Of a stretch of 64,000 bases of DNA, positions 41,707 to 51,367 are shown piece after piece. The position numbers were made by a program, and so were the translations under genes. A model generated the notes under the pieces. It saw only the letters and a list, made by a program, of their open reading frames with translations, had not been told where the DNA came from and did not search any database. Each line of letters starts with the position of its first letter. Position 1 is the first letter of the stretch. The stretch is from a virus (lineage: Duplodnaviria; Heunggongvirae; Uroviricota; Caudoviricetes), in IMG/VR virus record IMGVR_UViG_3300021256_000003, positions 64,001 to 128,000 of that record. The stretch is one strand, 5' to 3'.

Positions 41707-42717
41707 TCAAGCATTAGGATTTTCGTAAGCTGCAACGTGGCTTTCATACTCACCAGTATCAGAAGTATCACCATCCTTATTAAGGTCACCAAGGTTATTT
41801 AAAGTTAGTCCTGCATCGGTAACAAACTTATCAGCAAAAGCTTTAGCTGGAGTACCTGCCTGAGTATAATCACCCTGCACCCAGAATACGTGAGTAGTAG
41901 TACTCATACCCTCATGACCAATAATAGTTAATGAAGGTTTAGCCATAGAAGGAGCGCTGTAGGTTACAATGAACTGAGAGTACATAGCACCAACAACAGG
42001 AGTCTCATCTTCGCGTAGTCTGTAGAACTTAGTGTTTTCAGCAGTAGGAACACGAAGGTTACGAACAATATAATTGTAAGTACCAAAAGCATTTTTACCA
42101 TAAGTATAAGCAGTTACAAAAGAAGTATCTGTATCACCATACTCCCAAGAAGCAATCTTATCAGTCTCAAAAGGAGTATCAATAGTAATAGAGACGCTCA
42201 CAATACGCTGGAACTCATGAGTACCATTGATAATGATACCAGTTGTACTATTAGCAGTAATAGTGAAAAGGTCACGACCATAAAGTGCAAGAGCATATTT
42301 ATTAACAGCTTCAGTAATTTCAGACACAATGCTACTGACAGTTGAACTAGAAGTTACTTTAAAACCAATAGAGAAAGGCTTACCTTTCTTATACCAATCG
42401 TTGGCATAAATAGACTCCTCGCTACCCTCAAGCTGAATGTAGAAATTCAGGCAAGCAGTAACTGAAGTTAGACTATTAGCAGTAAGATAACTCTTAATAT
42501 CTGTAAGAGCAGTGCCAAGAGCAACAGTTGCAGAGGTAATAACGGCAGTGTTAGGTTTAGCTGCATAAATAGATCTGATGTATTTCTTTTCAAAAGTAAG
42601 ATCACGAGCAATACGAAGAATTTCAGATGTGCTATCGTATTTAATTACTTTGTCATCAAGGGTGCCATTAGCACCAGGAGTTGCATTAATAATGCGAGTT
42701 GTTGTCCAATTAAACAT
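41707..42717 (-). CDS. Abundant structural protein, probable auxiliary capsid protein (336 aa)
   Basis: Intact ORF, no TAG, beta-rich, with its own terminator. Size and position match the crAss auxiliary capsid protein (inferred from synteny). Confidence 0.6.
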   Translation of the reverse strand: MFNWTTTRIINATPGANGTLDDKVIKYDSTSEILRIARDLTFEKKYIRSIYAAKPNTAVITSATVALGTALTDIKSYLTANSLTSVTACLNFYIQLEGSEESIYANDWYKKGKPFSIGFKVTSSSTVSSIVSEITEAVNKYALALYGRDLFTITANSTTGIIINGTHEFQRIVSVSITIDTPFETDKIASWEYGDTDTSFVTAYTYGKNAFGTYNYIVRNLRVPTAENTKFYRLREDETPVVGAMYSQFIVTYSAPSMAKPSLTIIGHEGMSTTTHVFWVQGDYTQAGTPAKAFADKFVTDAGLTLNNLGDLNKDGDTSDTGEYESHVAAYENPNA

Positions 42718-42776
42718 AATTGTAAAATTTTAATTTTTTAAGATATATAAAAGACTTATCTAACGTCATTTATAGC

Positions 42777-44024
42777 TCACTATCTTCTAGTCTGCTAAGG
42801 TTGCTATTGCTGCTATTGCGGTCTAGCAATAGACTAATCAATAGCAATATTAGTTTGTAATCTAGGATCAGCCGTACGCTCCATAACAAGATGTACAAGC
42901 TCATTTATTATTTCTTGATTAACATAATCAGGAAATTCCATGATTTGTGAAGTATCTTCAGTCAAATCAATTTGTTCTTGTGTCAGACGAATGTATTGAG
43001 GTACTTTTACGTAATCGATTTGAACTTCCTTTAATTGAAATAAAGAATCGTCTTTACCATAACGAATTTCACATCTTACGTTACTAGTATTCCCAAGTCT
43101 TAAACCTGTAGGCTTTTCTACTGTTGAAATATTTGTCTCAGGAGTTCCATCTCCATTCAAATCAAGTTTTATAGTTCTTGGAAAGTTAGAACCAAATTGA
43201 TTTGATGTAGTTGCTGTATTATCATAGAAGATATTTTCAACAGTTAATGTATTTGAACTACTTGCAGTATTAATATTTGTAGTAGCCTAAATGAGTGCAG
43301 TATCTGTAAGAGGACTGCCAGGATTGCTAGGATCAAACGTTCCTGAATTACTATAATAATTGCCATCAATTAAATAATAAATATATTCAGTTCCGTTAAT
43401 ATCGCAAGTATATTTTGTATAAGAATTAGAACTTACTTGATAAGTACCAGTCATATCAGTGCCATCAGGAGATCCATTACTATTAATAGAAGTAATAGGA
43501 TTCGTTGGAAGATATAAATTCGTATTACGATTATGTAAATAGTAATAAGGTCTCATAGGGCTAGGTCTATTATAGATATCATTTATAATAGCACTCCAAG
43601 AATCTGCTGTTAAGCGCTCAGCAGGAACTTCAATATAAGAACCTCCGTCATAACATTTATAATTTTTGGCTACATAAAATATGCACACACAATTCAATAA
43701 ATGTAGATAATCTAAAGGTAAATATACTTCATAAGTAGCACCATGTAAAGATTGTATCTAACTGTGGTGAGAACTTAAATATGAAGTTGCATCATTAGCA
43801 GCAGTATGAATATCGATATGTTTAGGCGTTAAATACGCAGTACTTTTCAATACTCGAAGATCGTCTGTAGATTGCTAATTTATATCGTATAGGTTATAAA
43901 CCTTATTGACGTATATATTTATAGCTTTATTAAACAGATAATTAAATTCGTAAAGTTTCAACGAAGGAGCCTAAACTTTACTTAATTCAATTAACGTAGC
44001 TTCAAAAACCTATCGTGATGTCAC
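42777..44024 (-). CDS. Ring / neck structural protein (415 aa, GTG start, code 15)
   Basis: GTG at 44022-44024: MTSRQVFEATLIELSKVQAPSLKLYEFNYLFNKAIN...QQSTDDLRVLKST. Fragments 43287 and 42834 are in frame. Gln-rich tail, TGA at 42777. Confidence 0.7.
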
Positions 44025-44045
44025 TGTTTATTATTATAATAATGA

Positions 44046-44921
44046 TTATTCTTCTACAAACATATCAGAATAAGCATCTTTTGTTAGAATATCTAATGTC
44101 TGTTTATTTTTAGGAGCTTTCATCCAATCAATGATTGCGTCATCACTACCTCCAAGCGGCACTTCTCCGTAAAAGTAAATACCCTGAGTTTTCTTAATAA
44201 CTCCTTTTTCTTTAGCGGTAATGAGCAAGAAACGAAGTCCTAAATCACCACCAGTATAAAGGTCAATAATCTTTTCGGGAGTCTTTTCTGCGACTGAGAA
44301 AAGGAATTCCTCTACATCTGCTGCAGGTTGATTACTCATATTTCTACCAAGAACTTTAGCCATACGAAGCCATCCATCATATCCCTTATTATCATTACTA
44401 ATATAATTTTGAGCTTGTAGTATAAGTTTCTTACGAGTAAGTTTCTTGCGAGCTTCAAGACCAGGACGCTCAACATAATATTCAGCTGCTCCATAACGTG
44501 CTGTCATTCCATATGCATCATACATACGAGAGTCGGGAGTTCCATCAATTAAGAAATTTCCATTTTCATCAACAGCATCTCTACTTTCTGCAATTGCTCT
44601 GCAATTTTTAATACATTCCCATTCATTTCTACGGAATGGATTATTTAAATCAAAAACTGTTCCATCTTGAATTATAATATCATGATTTTCAGGAATAAGA
44701 GCAGCAAAATCGTCAGGAGAAAGTTTTTTATCTGCATCCAAATAAATCATTTTTCCTGTAGAAGGATCTACTTGTCTTACACATTCAGGATACCTTCCCA
44801 TTTTATCTTTTTGAGGCTGAATAGTTGTATGCTGTCCACGTTTACCCCAAGCATTACGTAGAACAATAATATTAGCCATAATATCACCGTTCTGAGTTTT
44901 ATTTACTTTTACATTTGCCAT
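44046..44921 (-). CDS. Conserved crAss structural protein immediately downstream of MCP (291 aa)
   Basis: Intact TAG-free ORF ending at TAA, in the syntenic position after MCP. Confidence 0.7.
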   Translation of the reverse strand: MANVKVNKTQNGDIMANIIVLRNAWGKRGQHTTIQPQKDKMGRYPECVRQVDPSTGKMIYLDADKKLSPDDFAALIPENHDIIIQDGTVFDLNNPFRRNEWECIKNCRAIAESRDAVDENGNFLIDGTPDSRMYDAYGMTARYGAAEYYVERPGLEARKKLTRKKLILQAQNYISNDNKGYDGWLRMAKVLGRNMSNQPAADVEEFLFSVAEKTPEKIIDLYTGGDLGLRFLLITAKEKGVIKKTQGIYFYGEVPLGGSDDAIIDWMKAPKNKQTLDILTKDAYSDMFVEE

Positions 44922-44943
44922 AATTCATTAGATATTAAGTTAT

Positions 44944-44974
44944 AAAAAGGTGGGGTTTCTTTCAGCCCCACCTT
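44944..44974 (-). terminator. Rho-independent terminator after MCP
   Basis: Minus strand reads AAGGTGGGG-loop-CCCCACCTTTTT. Confidence 0.85.
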
Positions 44975-45003
44975 CGATCTTTTATTCAATTATTAATTAT
45001 TTA

Positions 45004-46416
45004 TCAGTCTTCAGCGTAGACGATAAAGCTCTTATAAGGATTGAAAACGGCGATACCACCATAACCCATAATGGTTTTAGCACCACCGGCAACCATTGTG
45101 CTTACTCTTTCAACTCCATAACCTGGACCATCTAAGCTAGAAGGCATATAGTCCTTACCCTTCAGTGAGAAGCACTGGATAGGAGGAGTTGCAGAGGTCT
45201 TTCCGCCAGTAAAATCAATACACATACCGAAAGGCATATTGTATTCGCGGCTAAGAGTCTTATCAGCTTTAAAGGATATTACATTTCCATTATATTCATA
45301 GGAACTAAAACTAGCACCTACTTTCCAACGGCTACCACCATTAACTTTTGAGTAGAAAAGAGCACCGTCAGTCTTCATCTCAGCAAGGAATTTCATTAAT
45401 ACACGATTAATGATACCCATTAATTTGCTGTTACAAACAAACACAAAATGGTTACCTTCAAGATTATCAGCCTTCTCTACCATAGCATCCATGATTTGAT
45501 GGAATGTATTAATGGTAAATTTAGAAGCGTAAAGCTTATTGCAGTAACGCTCGATCTGAGGAATTAGTCCCTCACCAATTTGGATTTCACGACCAGTATT
45601 TCTAGTACTGATTGTAGCTTTTCCGCTCACATCCATATTTGTTTTGCTCATTAAAAGCATTTGCTCACGAGCAGTCATAAAGTTGTCAGTCAGAACTTTG
45701 TCCATAGGATCCATCTTATAGACCTTCTCACTAAGAGAGTCTGCAGTCTTACCCTCAGCAATCTTAATAAGAGTATCTTCCATAAGTTTATATTTGTCAG
45801 AGAAGGTATCGTCAACTCTGAACAGAGTCATAAAGTTGCGCATTACCTCGAAATTTGACTGATATTTCACAAAACCACAATCTGACATTTCAGGTTTAGC
45901 ATTACCGATCCAGTGGCAAGTCATACCGACTTGACAAGCAGAAGTATCAAGAACTGAACGATAATCATTATCGATCAAACGCACACAGACTGACCACATG
46001 TTATCAGCTTTGCGTACAGGAGTAGTAGTGACAATACATTGCTGACCACTATTATCAATCTTGAAGATTTCCTCAAGCTGGAAATAGTTTTCATCAAATG
46101 TCATCTCAATCTCACTACCATCAGCACCATTCTGGGTAGGAACTTCTGCAAAATGGATTTTCTTAATCTGATTAACTTCTACATTCCACTCAAAATATGT
46201 AGAATCAATATTATTAAATTGGTTTAATTTCTTTTTACTGTCACCCATCCAGATATTGCCAAGCAAATCGGTAAGAGCAGTAATGGTATTTTCAGGATAA
46301 AGACGTGCAAGAACACCCATACGGTGGGCTTTAGTACCTAAAAACTTACCAAAATCTTCTAGTGTTCTTGTACGACCCATTTCAGGTCTAACAGTTGTAT
46401 AATTTGCTACTAACAT
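45004..46416 (-). CDS. Major capsid protein (470 aa)
   Basis: Intact TAG-free ORF. N-terminus MLVANYTTVRPEMGRTRTLEDFGKFLG and motifs FEWNVEVN, MRNFMTLFRVD and GEGLIPQIER resemble crAss-like MCPs. Followed by a strong terminator. Confidence 0.85.
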   Translation of the reverse strand: MLVANYTTVRPEMGRTRTLEDFGKFLGTKAHRMGVLARLYPENTITALTDLLGNIWMGDSKKKLNQFNNIDSTYFEWNVEVNQIKKIHFAEVPTQNGADGSEIEMTFDENYFQLEEIFKIDNSGQQCIVTTTPVRKADNMWSVCVRLIDNDYRSVLDTSACQVGMTCHWIGNAKPEMSDCGFVKYQSNFEVMRNFMTLFRVDDTFSDKYKLMEDTLIKIAEGKTADSLSEKVYKMDPMDKVLTDNFMTAREQMLLMSKTNMDVSGKATISTRNTGREIQIGEGLIPQIERYCNKLYASKFTINTFHQIMDAMVEKADNLEGNHFVFVCNSKLMGIINRVLMKFLAEMKTDGALFYSKVNGGSRWKVGASFSSYEYNGNVISFKADKTLSREYNMPFGMCIDFTGGKTSATPPIQCFSLKGKDYMPSSLDGPGYGVERVSTMVAGGAKTIMGYGGIAVFNPYKSFIVYAED

Positions 46417-46425
46417 ACTTAATTA

Positions 46426-47475
46426 TTAATTTATATATGCACCCTCATCAAAATCTACACCAATCATCGACATATTAGTATTTGGTGTTTGATTGGAGGG
46501 CTTTTGAACCGTAACTCTACCGTTAGTAGAAGTACCTTTGCTACCAAGTTCAAATCCTCGTTTATAAGCTTCTCTAATCTAATTCTACATTTCATTCATT
46601 AATTCGTTACCTTTTAGGTACCATAAGGCAGCAGTAGTAAATGTTTTCGGATTATTCAGAACTTTACCAAAATCAGTAAGACCGTCATCGTCTCTAGTTA
46701 ATATAAAATTAGCTAATTCATTTTTATCATCGGTGTCAAGTTCAAATACTTCACTAGAAGTATTAAATCCATCAATCTCGCTTAAAATACTGTTTGCAAA
46801 GTCTTGATATGCAGCTTCCTCTTGCTGTAAAGCTTCTTGCTGCTTTTGATATTGCATCTGATCTTCCATTTGTTTATATGTAGCACGCAGAGCTTCAACT
46901 TCTTTTTTATAAAGAGTCGGGTTTTCTTTTGCCTAGTCTACTCGTCTTTGTAATTCCTCTTCAGTTATATTTTCAGCGCCAATTTTACGCATAATATCTA
47001 AAGCATACAAATTATCATCATCAATCTCATCAACTTTATAATTAGGATGATATTGAGATTCAATTTCAGTTTTAGTATCTTGCTATAATTTAGCGATATA
47101 ATCTTTAGGAGATAATTTACTTTCTCTGATAGTATTAATAAGTTCTATCTCTGCGTCGTCTAAATCGCGCTCTGGGTCAGAACTATCAGCTATTATATTG
47201 AGTTGTTCTTCTCTACTTAAAGAGTTCCAATCTCGTTCAATAACTGCGCCTGATTCATCTTCAAATTTAATTTTTGACGGATCTATAATTCCTCTAATCT
47301 TTAGAATCTCTGTAGTTAAATCAGTTTCATCAGGATTATCTAAGTTGTCCGGATTATCATCAGGATTATCATCTTGATTTACAGAGCCCGGATCATTGTC
47401 TATTAAATTATCATCAATAGGGTCGTCATCAAAATCCATGTAGGTGTCGGGTAAATCATTTAAATCAGTAGCCAT
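46426..47475 (-). CDS. Acidic capsid assembly / scaffold-like protein (349 aa, code 15)
   Basis: Fragments 47083 and 46585 join via TAG. Very acidic N-terminus and a coiled-coil. Lies directly upstream of MCP. TAA at 46426. Confidence 0.65.
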
Positions 47476-47512
47476 GTTTCACATTCATTTAATTTACATT
47501 TATTAATCTATT

Positions 47513-47968
47513 TTACTGCATTATTTCATACACAGTACGTTTTCCAATTTTTTTAGCTCGTAAAATTTGGTGTCTATTATTGTTACCATTATATGATACA
47601 TGAACCCAAGCTGGCCCTTTATCATTACCAAATTCATAAATTAACTAATCAAAAGGTAAATTCATACTACGTATCAAATCAAATATTTCTTTATTGCCTT
47701 CTAAGGAAGCATTAGTACAATAAATGTCTGCTGCTTGTCCTTTCATATGTTGAGAAGTTTTAGAACCTCCAATTGCTAAATTTAACATCTTGCAACGAAA
47801 GCCGCTAGACACTATAATTGGTTTACCATATTCCGTCCTTAAAGGATCTAATACATTATCAACTAATGCAATTAAATTGGTTTTAATTTCTTCGGTAGGA
47901 ATATTTTGAATTCCTAGTCTAGATGCAGTAGCACTAGCACAAAGTTCATTAATTGTAAAATATTTCAT
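47513..47968 (-). CDS. Peptidase M15 family endolysin (151 aa, code 15)
   Basis: Motifs PIIVSSGFRC, SQHMKGQAADI and FD(Q)LI...WVHVS. The third Zn-ligand His (47600-47602) is reached only by reading TAG 47645 as Gln. Confidence 0.88.
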
Positions 47969-48030
47969 AGTTCTTAATATTTAAATCTATCTTATTAAGA
48001 TTATATATAATATACTACTGAACAAAATAA

Positions 48031-48072
48031 AAAAGGAGAAATTTCTTGTAATATATAGAAATTTCTCCTTTT
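48031..48072 (-). terminator. Rho-independent terminator closing the six-gene operon
   Basis: 16-bp perfect inverted repeat aaaaggagaaatttct/agaaatttctcctttt. Confidence 0.8.
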
Positions 48073-48120
48073 CATAAAATTATTTATAACTACTAATTGT
48101 TTGAACTACTAATAAAAGAT

Positions 48121-48510
48121 TTATCGATTACATTTAATAACTGCCAAATATATTGACTTTGCTAAATTCCCACTTAATACAGACGCTTCTTCTGAAAAGG
48201 GATCTATATCTAGTGTTTTACAAATATGCATTTCTATATGATTTTTTTCATGATTAAACGTGTCTAAAAATTCAGCAATGGTTGTCGCATTATTAATTAT
48301 CATATAACTTAAATGCCTTTTAAAATCAGAACATATAAATCCAGTATTCTTTCTGTGAATTATAGTAGTATATAATGTAGTTATTACTTTGTTACTAAAT
48401 CCTTCATCCTCCAATTCCTACATAATCTCAAATAGAGATTCTTTTACGGTAATAAAACATATACGGATTGTCCATTGATATTTATCTAAATAAACATCGA
48501 AGTCTATCAT
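48121..48510 (-). CDS. Small HExxH (zincin-like) protein (129 aa, code 15)
   Basis: ATG at 48508-48510 overlaps the upstream TGA. Motif FNHEKNHIEMH...SEEAS. TAA at 48121. Confidence 0.6.
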
Positions 48511-48905
48511 ACGAAATCCTCCCAATCAATAACTTCTCCGTTAGCTACCATAGTAGCATACCAACGTCTCATAGTAGTTCCATCTCCTGCATCTTCATCG
48601 TCGATAGTATCTTTTATATATAATGCAAGATGTGGCTCATCTACTATGCTCGAACCAAAATAGTCTGCTTTACACATATTAGCAACAAAAACATAATCAT
48701 ATCCTTTATTATTTGATAAGACGATGTTTCGATTTGCTAATAATGTATCAACCTATTCTTTAGTATAAGGAGTAATACGTTTATTATTTTTTACCATTTT
48801 AGAAATTGCCCAGTCACATAGTGATTTATTAAAATGCCAACCATAATTTCTTAGGTATTTAACCATGTTTCTGGGATAGCTGTCATAAAGATCTAAAGCA
48901 ATCAA
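48507..48905 (-). CDS. Hypothetical protein (132 aa, TTG start, code 15)
   Basis: Hand translation: IALDLYDSYPRNMVKYLRNYGWHFNKSLCDWAISKM...YDYVFVANMCKADYFGSSI...RRWYATMVANGEVIDWEDFV. One TAG. Overlaps both neighbours. Confidence 0.7.
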
Positions 48906-49126
48906 TAGTAACGATAATAATCTGGTTTCATATTACGATTACGTTTTGTATAGTAATCTCTTTTACCGTAATCATCTTCATCTGGTTCCATATAATTTTT
49001 AGTATCGTAGTTACTAGAATTTAATTCTTCTAGTATATGCATAAGTTTTCCACTTTTGCTTAAAATTTCTTCTACGCAAGATGACATTTTCTCAATTTTG
49101 CTGTCAGTTACTTCTATAATCATCAT
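48902..49126 (-). CDS. Hypothetical small charged protein (74 aa)
   Basis: Intact ORF ending at TGA, with a Tyr/Arg/Asp-rich C-terminus. Confidence 0.7.
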   Translation of the reverse strand: MMIIEVTDSKIEKMSSCVEEILSKSGKLMHILEELNSSNYDTKNYMEPDEDDYGKRDYYTKRNRNMKPDYYRYY

Positions 49127-49128
49127 AT

Positions 49129-49605
49129 TTATTTGTTATAATTATTCATAAAATCCTTAAACATTTCTTTAAGAGAATTAATTTCTTCTTTTAAAGATTC
49201 AGTTTCAAGTTGCTATCTTTCCTTTTCAGCAATTTCGGGATTTAATTGTCTAATAATTTCATCACATCCTGCGATAATCTATTTATGATTATCAATACTA
49301 GATATTATATCCTAACTCTTCTATTTAATAGCCTAAATTTCAGAGTTTATTAAATCTTTATTACAAGATAAAACTATATCACTGCCCACATCTGTTATAT
49401 CTAGATGTGCAGGCAATTTCTGAAAATTAGTAGATACATCATTTACATTAGCAGTGATATCTACCATAGATTCTGAATTATATACTCCTGGATATCTAGG
49501 AATAGGTAATGAGACTGTTAATACTTTACCTATTTCTAATTTAGGAGAAATTCCTTTATGCAGAATATAAATTACATTATTATTCCTTAAATTCTAAAAT
49601 CCCAT
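49129..49605 (-). CDS. Hypothetical protein with C-terminal coiled coil (158 aa, code 15)
   Basis: Begins ATG GGA TTT TAG AAT (MGFQNLRNNNVIYILHKG...). Five further TAGs. TAA at 49129. Absent from the track. Confidence 0.7.
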
Positions 49606-49607
49606 AA

Positions 49608-49943
49608 TTATGCAATTAATTGTAAAGTATTAGTTTGACTCTCATACCAACATAAGTAAATTCCTGTACTAGTAATGTCAGATGCAGTAATAGCATTTCC
49701 ATTTTTACCAGTTAATTCAACACCTTTAGATACTCCTGCCGAAAATACAACAGGTAATGTTTGAGTAGTTGATTCAGGAATATTTTGATCTAGTCTTACA
49801 ATAATCAATCCACGAAAAGGATTTCCAACTTCTCTATGTGGATTAAATTGAAATACTACATTAGAATCAGTTACTTTTACACCAGTACTGCTAATAGTAG
49901 GTATACCATTTTTATTTACATTAATATAAATAGGTAATAGCAT
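49608..49943 (-). CDS. Hypothetical beta-rich protein (111 aa)
   Basis: Track ORF 49608..49967. True start is probably the ATG at 49941-49943 after AAGGAGGT. No TAG. Confidence 0.7.
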   Translation of the reverse strand: MLLPIYINVNKNGIPTISSTGVKVTDSNVVFQFNPHREVGNPFRGLIIVRLDQNIPESTTQTLPVVFSAGVSKGVELTGKNGNAITASDITSTGIYLCWYESQTNTLQLIA

Positions 49944-49957
49944 ACTTACCTCCTTTC

Positions 49958-50926
49958 TTAACCCCAAAGAGTTCCGTTAGTGCCAATAGGACCTAATAGT
50001 CCAGTCTGATAAGCTACTGAAGTAGGTATAGCAATAGTATTATTTGCGGGAACAACAGCAGTAGCAGGTAAATTATTCTGAATTGCAGTAACTTCGTTCT
50101 GTAATGTATTTAATGCTGAAGCTAGAGGACTTGTAGCATTACTTAGCATCTGTGAGAAAATTGCGCTTTGCTGAGCATTATTAATAATAACAGCCTGTTC
50201 AGCATTCTTAGCCACAAGATCTTCAATTTTATCCTGAAGAGCTTGAGTCTGAATCTCGCCAAGTTTATCAAGAATCTTCGTTGTATTAGCAGTATTGACA
50301 TCTCTGATTGTATTCTGAATATCACAAGTTTGAGTTTGATTTTGAAATCCGAGATTTGTAAAACCGCGTTCTACAGTATTTCCTACTGAATTGATGCTAT
50401 TAGTAAGTTGATATGTCTATCTTTCATTATTCAGTTGATTCTAATAACCCATCTCTAAGATACTCTTTTGAGTATTGCAGCAACAATCTTTAAATGCCTG
50501 AATAATATTACAATCTCCAAGATTTATAGCATTAATTACACGTTCAGAACTATATCCAAGCTGACTTCCTACTTCACCAATAGCATAACGTACACCAGAA
50601 ATAGCCTGAGAAAGCATATTAATATCACTACCTGTACGAGTTGCAAAATCTTGTAATGCAGTATTATTACCTTGAATAGCTTGCATTAATAAATCAGAAC
50701 TATGATTATCGGTAATCTGATTTTGAAGCATCTGTAATTGACGTTGAGTATCAGCGGAATTATTACCCCACATACCACCGTTCATCATTGACATAGCATA
50801 AATCCAAATGATATAAGCAAAAGGATTGTTGGCCCAGCCATTCATTCCTCCATTACTCATCATAGCCATTGTTGCTAAGTCATTATTGTTACCATCAGGA
50901 ACAATGTAAGTTTTTGAATCACTCAT
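49958..50926 (-). CDS. Gln/Asn-rich coiled-coil protein with N-terminal hydrophobic segment and DCCC motif (322 aa, code 15)
   Basis: Fragments 50441 and 49958 are in frame, and the linker reads YQNQLNNERQTYQL... with two TAGs. TAA at 49958. Confidence 0.75.
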
Positions 50927-51018
50927 TTTTAAATAAATTTTTAATTAAACATGTATTTTGTTCTAGAACATGTTAATAATATTTATTTAAAATGCGATTT
51001 CAGAAAATTACCAAAAAT

Positions 51019-51058
51019 AAAAAGGGAAGCCTAAGGTTTAACCCTTAAACTTCCCTTC
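51019..51058 (-). terminator. Rho-independent terminator after the HTH gene
   Basis: Inverted repeat aagggaag..taagg / cctta..cttccctt with a U-tract on the minus strand. Confidence 0.65.
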
Positions 51059-51061
51059 ACG

Positions 51062-51367
51062 TTAATTTTTATTATGTAACGTACCTAAATAATCATCTAA
51101 TACAGATTTATACCAAAATAATGATTTAGATCCTTCGTGTAACTTCTGACCTTTTGGAATAAATCCATCGCTTACTAATAAATCAAATGAGGATCGACTT
51201 ATTCCTAAATAATCACAAGCTTCTACTTTACTCATGACAGTATCTCCGTTTGATATTAAATCTAATGCGCGAAGTACTTTTAAACATCCATCTTCGTCAA
51301 TATTAGAATTTCCTACTTTTAAGTCATCCACTTTCTACTAAAGTAAATTAATCAAAATCTCTTTCAT
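51062..51367 (-). CDS. Helix-turn-helix DNA-binding protein, AlpA/excisionase-like (101 aa, code 15)
   Basis: MSKVEACDYLGISRSSFDLLVSDGFIPKG is an HTH_17-like motif. ATG at 51365-51367 (ATGA overlap), with tandem TAG TAG at codons 10-11. Confidence 0.75.

Noticed and set aside
47300-47460. DDNPDDNPDNLDNPD low-complexity run
   Set aside because: Ordinary acidic disordered N-terminus of the scaffold-like protein, not a DNA repeat array.
8955-51367. Apparent enrichment of TAG in the first ~11 codons (genes starting at 8975, 28090, 38644, 39248, 44024, 49605 and 51367) as an early abort checkpoint
   Set aside because: Given the high TAG density in these genes, about this many early TAGs could arise by chance. 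It needs a positional permutation test before being claimed.
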